Shown here in pieces: positions 62,695-64,000 of a stretch of 64,000 nucleotides of DNA. The position numbers and the translations under genes were made by a program. How positions within the stretch are numbered: the first letter of the stretch is position 1; the number at the start of each line of letters is the position of its first letter. This stretch comes from Obrimoposthia wandeli. Lineage: Eukaryota. The stretch covers positions 558,001 through 622,000 of the forward strand of contig CDROCS010000715.1 of assembly GCA_977020255.1 (NCBI GenBank), given 5' to 3'. The notes under the pieces are model-generated. The model worked only from the letters and a program-made list of their open reading frames with translations. It was not told the origin of the DNA and made no database searches.

Positions 62695-62744
62695 GTTCCC
62701 CTGACGAGCCCGGCAGGGCAAAACCGGTTAAGCCGGTCGGGGAC
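62695..62744 (+). ncRNA. Type I hammerhead ribozyme with G12A core substitution
   Basis: gttccc CTGACGA gccc-ggca-gggc AAAA ccgg-ttaag-ccgg TC ggggac. All three stems pair. Predicted cleavage site GUC after 62738. GAAA is replaced by AAAA. An extra 7-bp hairpin lies at 62677-62694. Confidence 0.8.
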
Positions 62745-63084
62745 TGAAGGACAAGAAACAACAAAATGCCAAAATGTATCAAGATATAAAACTAAAAATT
62801 CCTTTAATCGCTTTTTTTTAATTAAGAAAACAATTAACCAATATTTTCTCACAAAATCAACCCAATATAATAATTCAATAATCCAAATTATCCAAAATAT
62901 ACCTTCTCATTCCCAACAGATTTATGCTGCAGTATCAGGTAAGTTTTTATTTATTTTATTCTGCTGCTGTGACAATCTTGAGTAAGTTTTAATTTTATTG
63001 ATTTAATTTCAAACATTATTGGAGTAAACATCCTATGTATTTTATACCTTTTAGCTGATATGATTATGTCTTTCAAGACAAAAG

Positions 63085-63300
63085 CATGAGCTCATAGTCG
63101 CCACATGGGCTCATGACCTAGAGCATAACCTTGAGCTCATGGTGAGCATATGGGCTTAAGTGACGAGTACACTATAAAAGAACGTGAGCTTGATATCATG
63201 ATAACCTAATGATAACCTTGGGCTCATGGTGGGCACATGAGCTCATAACCTTGACCTTACGATAACCTTGGGCTCATGGTGAGCACATGGGCTCAAGTAA
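63085..63300 (+). repeat. Degenerate minisatellite (ataaccttgggctcatggtgagcacatgggctca-like)
   Basis: Four or more imperfect copies. Confidence 0.8.
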
Positions 63301-63426
63301 TGAGTATAATAAAACAAAGGACATTAGTCATGATCTTGAAATGATCTTTAAAATCATGTATACTCAGTAGAAATTTGACATACATCCCATGACCTGGACC
63401 TCATGTGACTTCCTGAGGTCACGTGA

Positions 63427-63541
63427 TGAGTCATGTGTACTTTAGCAGAACAATGGATGTGAGTCATCGATGACGTCATCGATGAGCCATGGTCTTTGTT
63501 CGATGAGTCATCGATGAGTCATATCTTTGTTCGATGAGTCA
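63427..63541. promoter_or_regulatory. Cluster of five TGAGTCA (AP-1-type) and one TGACGTCA (CRE-type) motifs with a 22-bp palindrome
   Basis: TGAGTCA at 63427, 63460, 63504, 63515 and 63535. Perfect palindrome tcatcgatgacgtcatcgatga at 63464-63485. Function unproven. Confidence 0.4.
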
Positions 63542-64000
63542 CCTAAAAAGTAGAACAAATACATTTTGTCCTCAGGGGGGGCTTTGTTCCAGAAGTGCTA
63601 CATCTACCTACTGACACTTTAAACAGAAATAAATAACTTTTTAAAGGAAGATTTTATCTCAAAATCTGAACTACACATAAATTAGTAATGAAATATCAAC
63701 TTATTTCATGTATGCTCAAAAGTTATATTTATTTTTCGATATTTATTTCAGTAACTCTCATAATTGTTGGCTCTTTGGTCATTTTTTAATATAAAATAAA
63801 ATTGTATTGCAATATCTGATTGTTTTAATATTTAATAAAGTCGAACAGGAGATTAGTCAAATCATTCTTCGCAAAGAAAAACTGAAAGTTTTGGTTTAAA
63901 AATTGAAGATGGTCAAACACAGATTCTCTAGTTGCTACAGTTATTTTTCATCCCATACACTTGTCAAGGCACTATGCAGATGGGGAAATATACCAAAATA

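Overview
Very AT-rich eukaryotic (invertebrate-type) genomic DNA with tiny spliceosomal introns (37-69 bp), mostly decayed mobile DNA. All alignments and translations were done by eye and family assignments come from recalled motifs, not database searches. (1) Three Polinton/Maverick (adintovirus-like) remnants. Element B (26674-38182, 11.5 kb) is bounded by terminal inverted repeats (TIRs). It carries packaging ATPase, integrase, minor and major capsid and protein-primed PolB. It also carries unusual accessory genes: a spliced TBP-like gene, two tandem SSB-like paralogues, a DEDD-like nuclease, a K-rich micro-protein and a spliced zinc-finger/acidic N-terminus in frame with PolB. Element A (24-~3380) is a related truncated arm with a multi-intron AT-hook gene. 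Element C (~50160-53960) is an older capsid/PolB fragment. (2) A giant inverted duplication (6491-13011 and 18434-25392, 5.4 kb spacer) containing a dead hAT transposase and decayed CUB/LDLa-like exons. (3) Apparently intact genes: a 4-exon mitochondrial ribosomal protein uL22m gene (44496-48707) and an intronless Arg/Lys/Cys-rich HMG-box gene resembling a protamine-like protein (38755-39453). (4) Two type I hammerhead ribozyme motifs (42219-42271 minus, 62695-62744 plus), each downstream of a GC-rich island. (5) Fragments of hAT, MULE, Ty3/Gypsy, BEL/Pao and L2 elements, a REX4-like exonuclease remnant, an ORF ending in an HSP70 fragment, and many short tandem duplications at 58-63.6 kb. No rRNA, tRNA or CRISPR array was seen.
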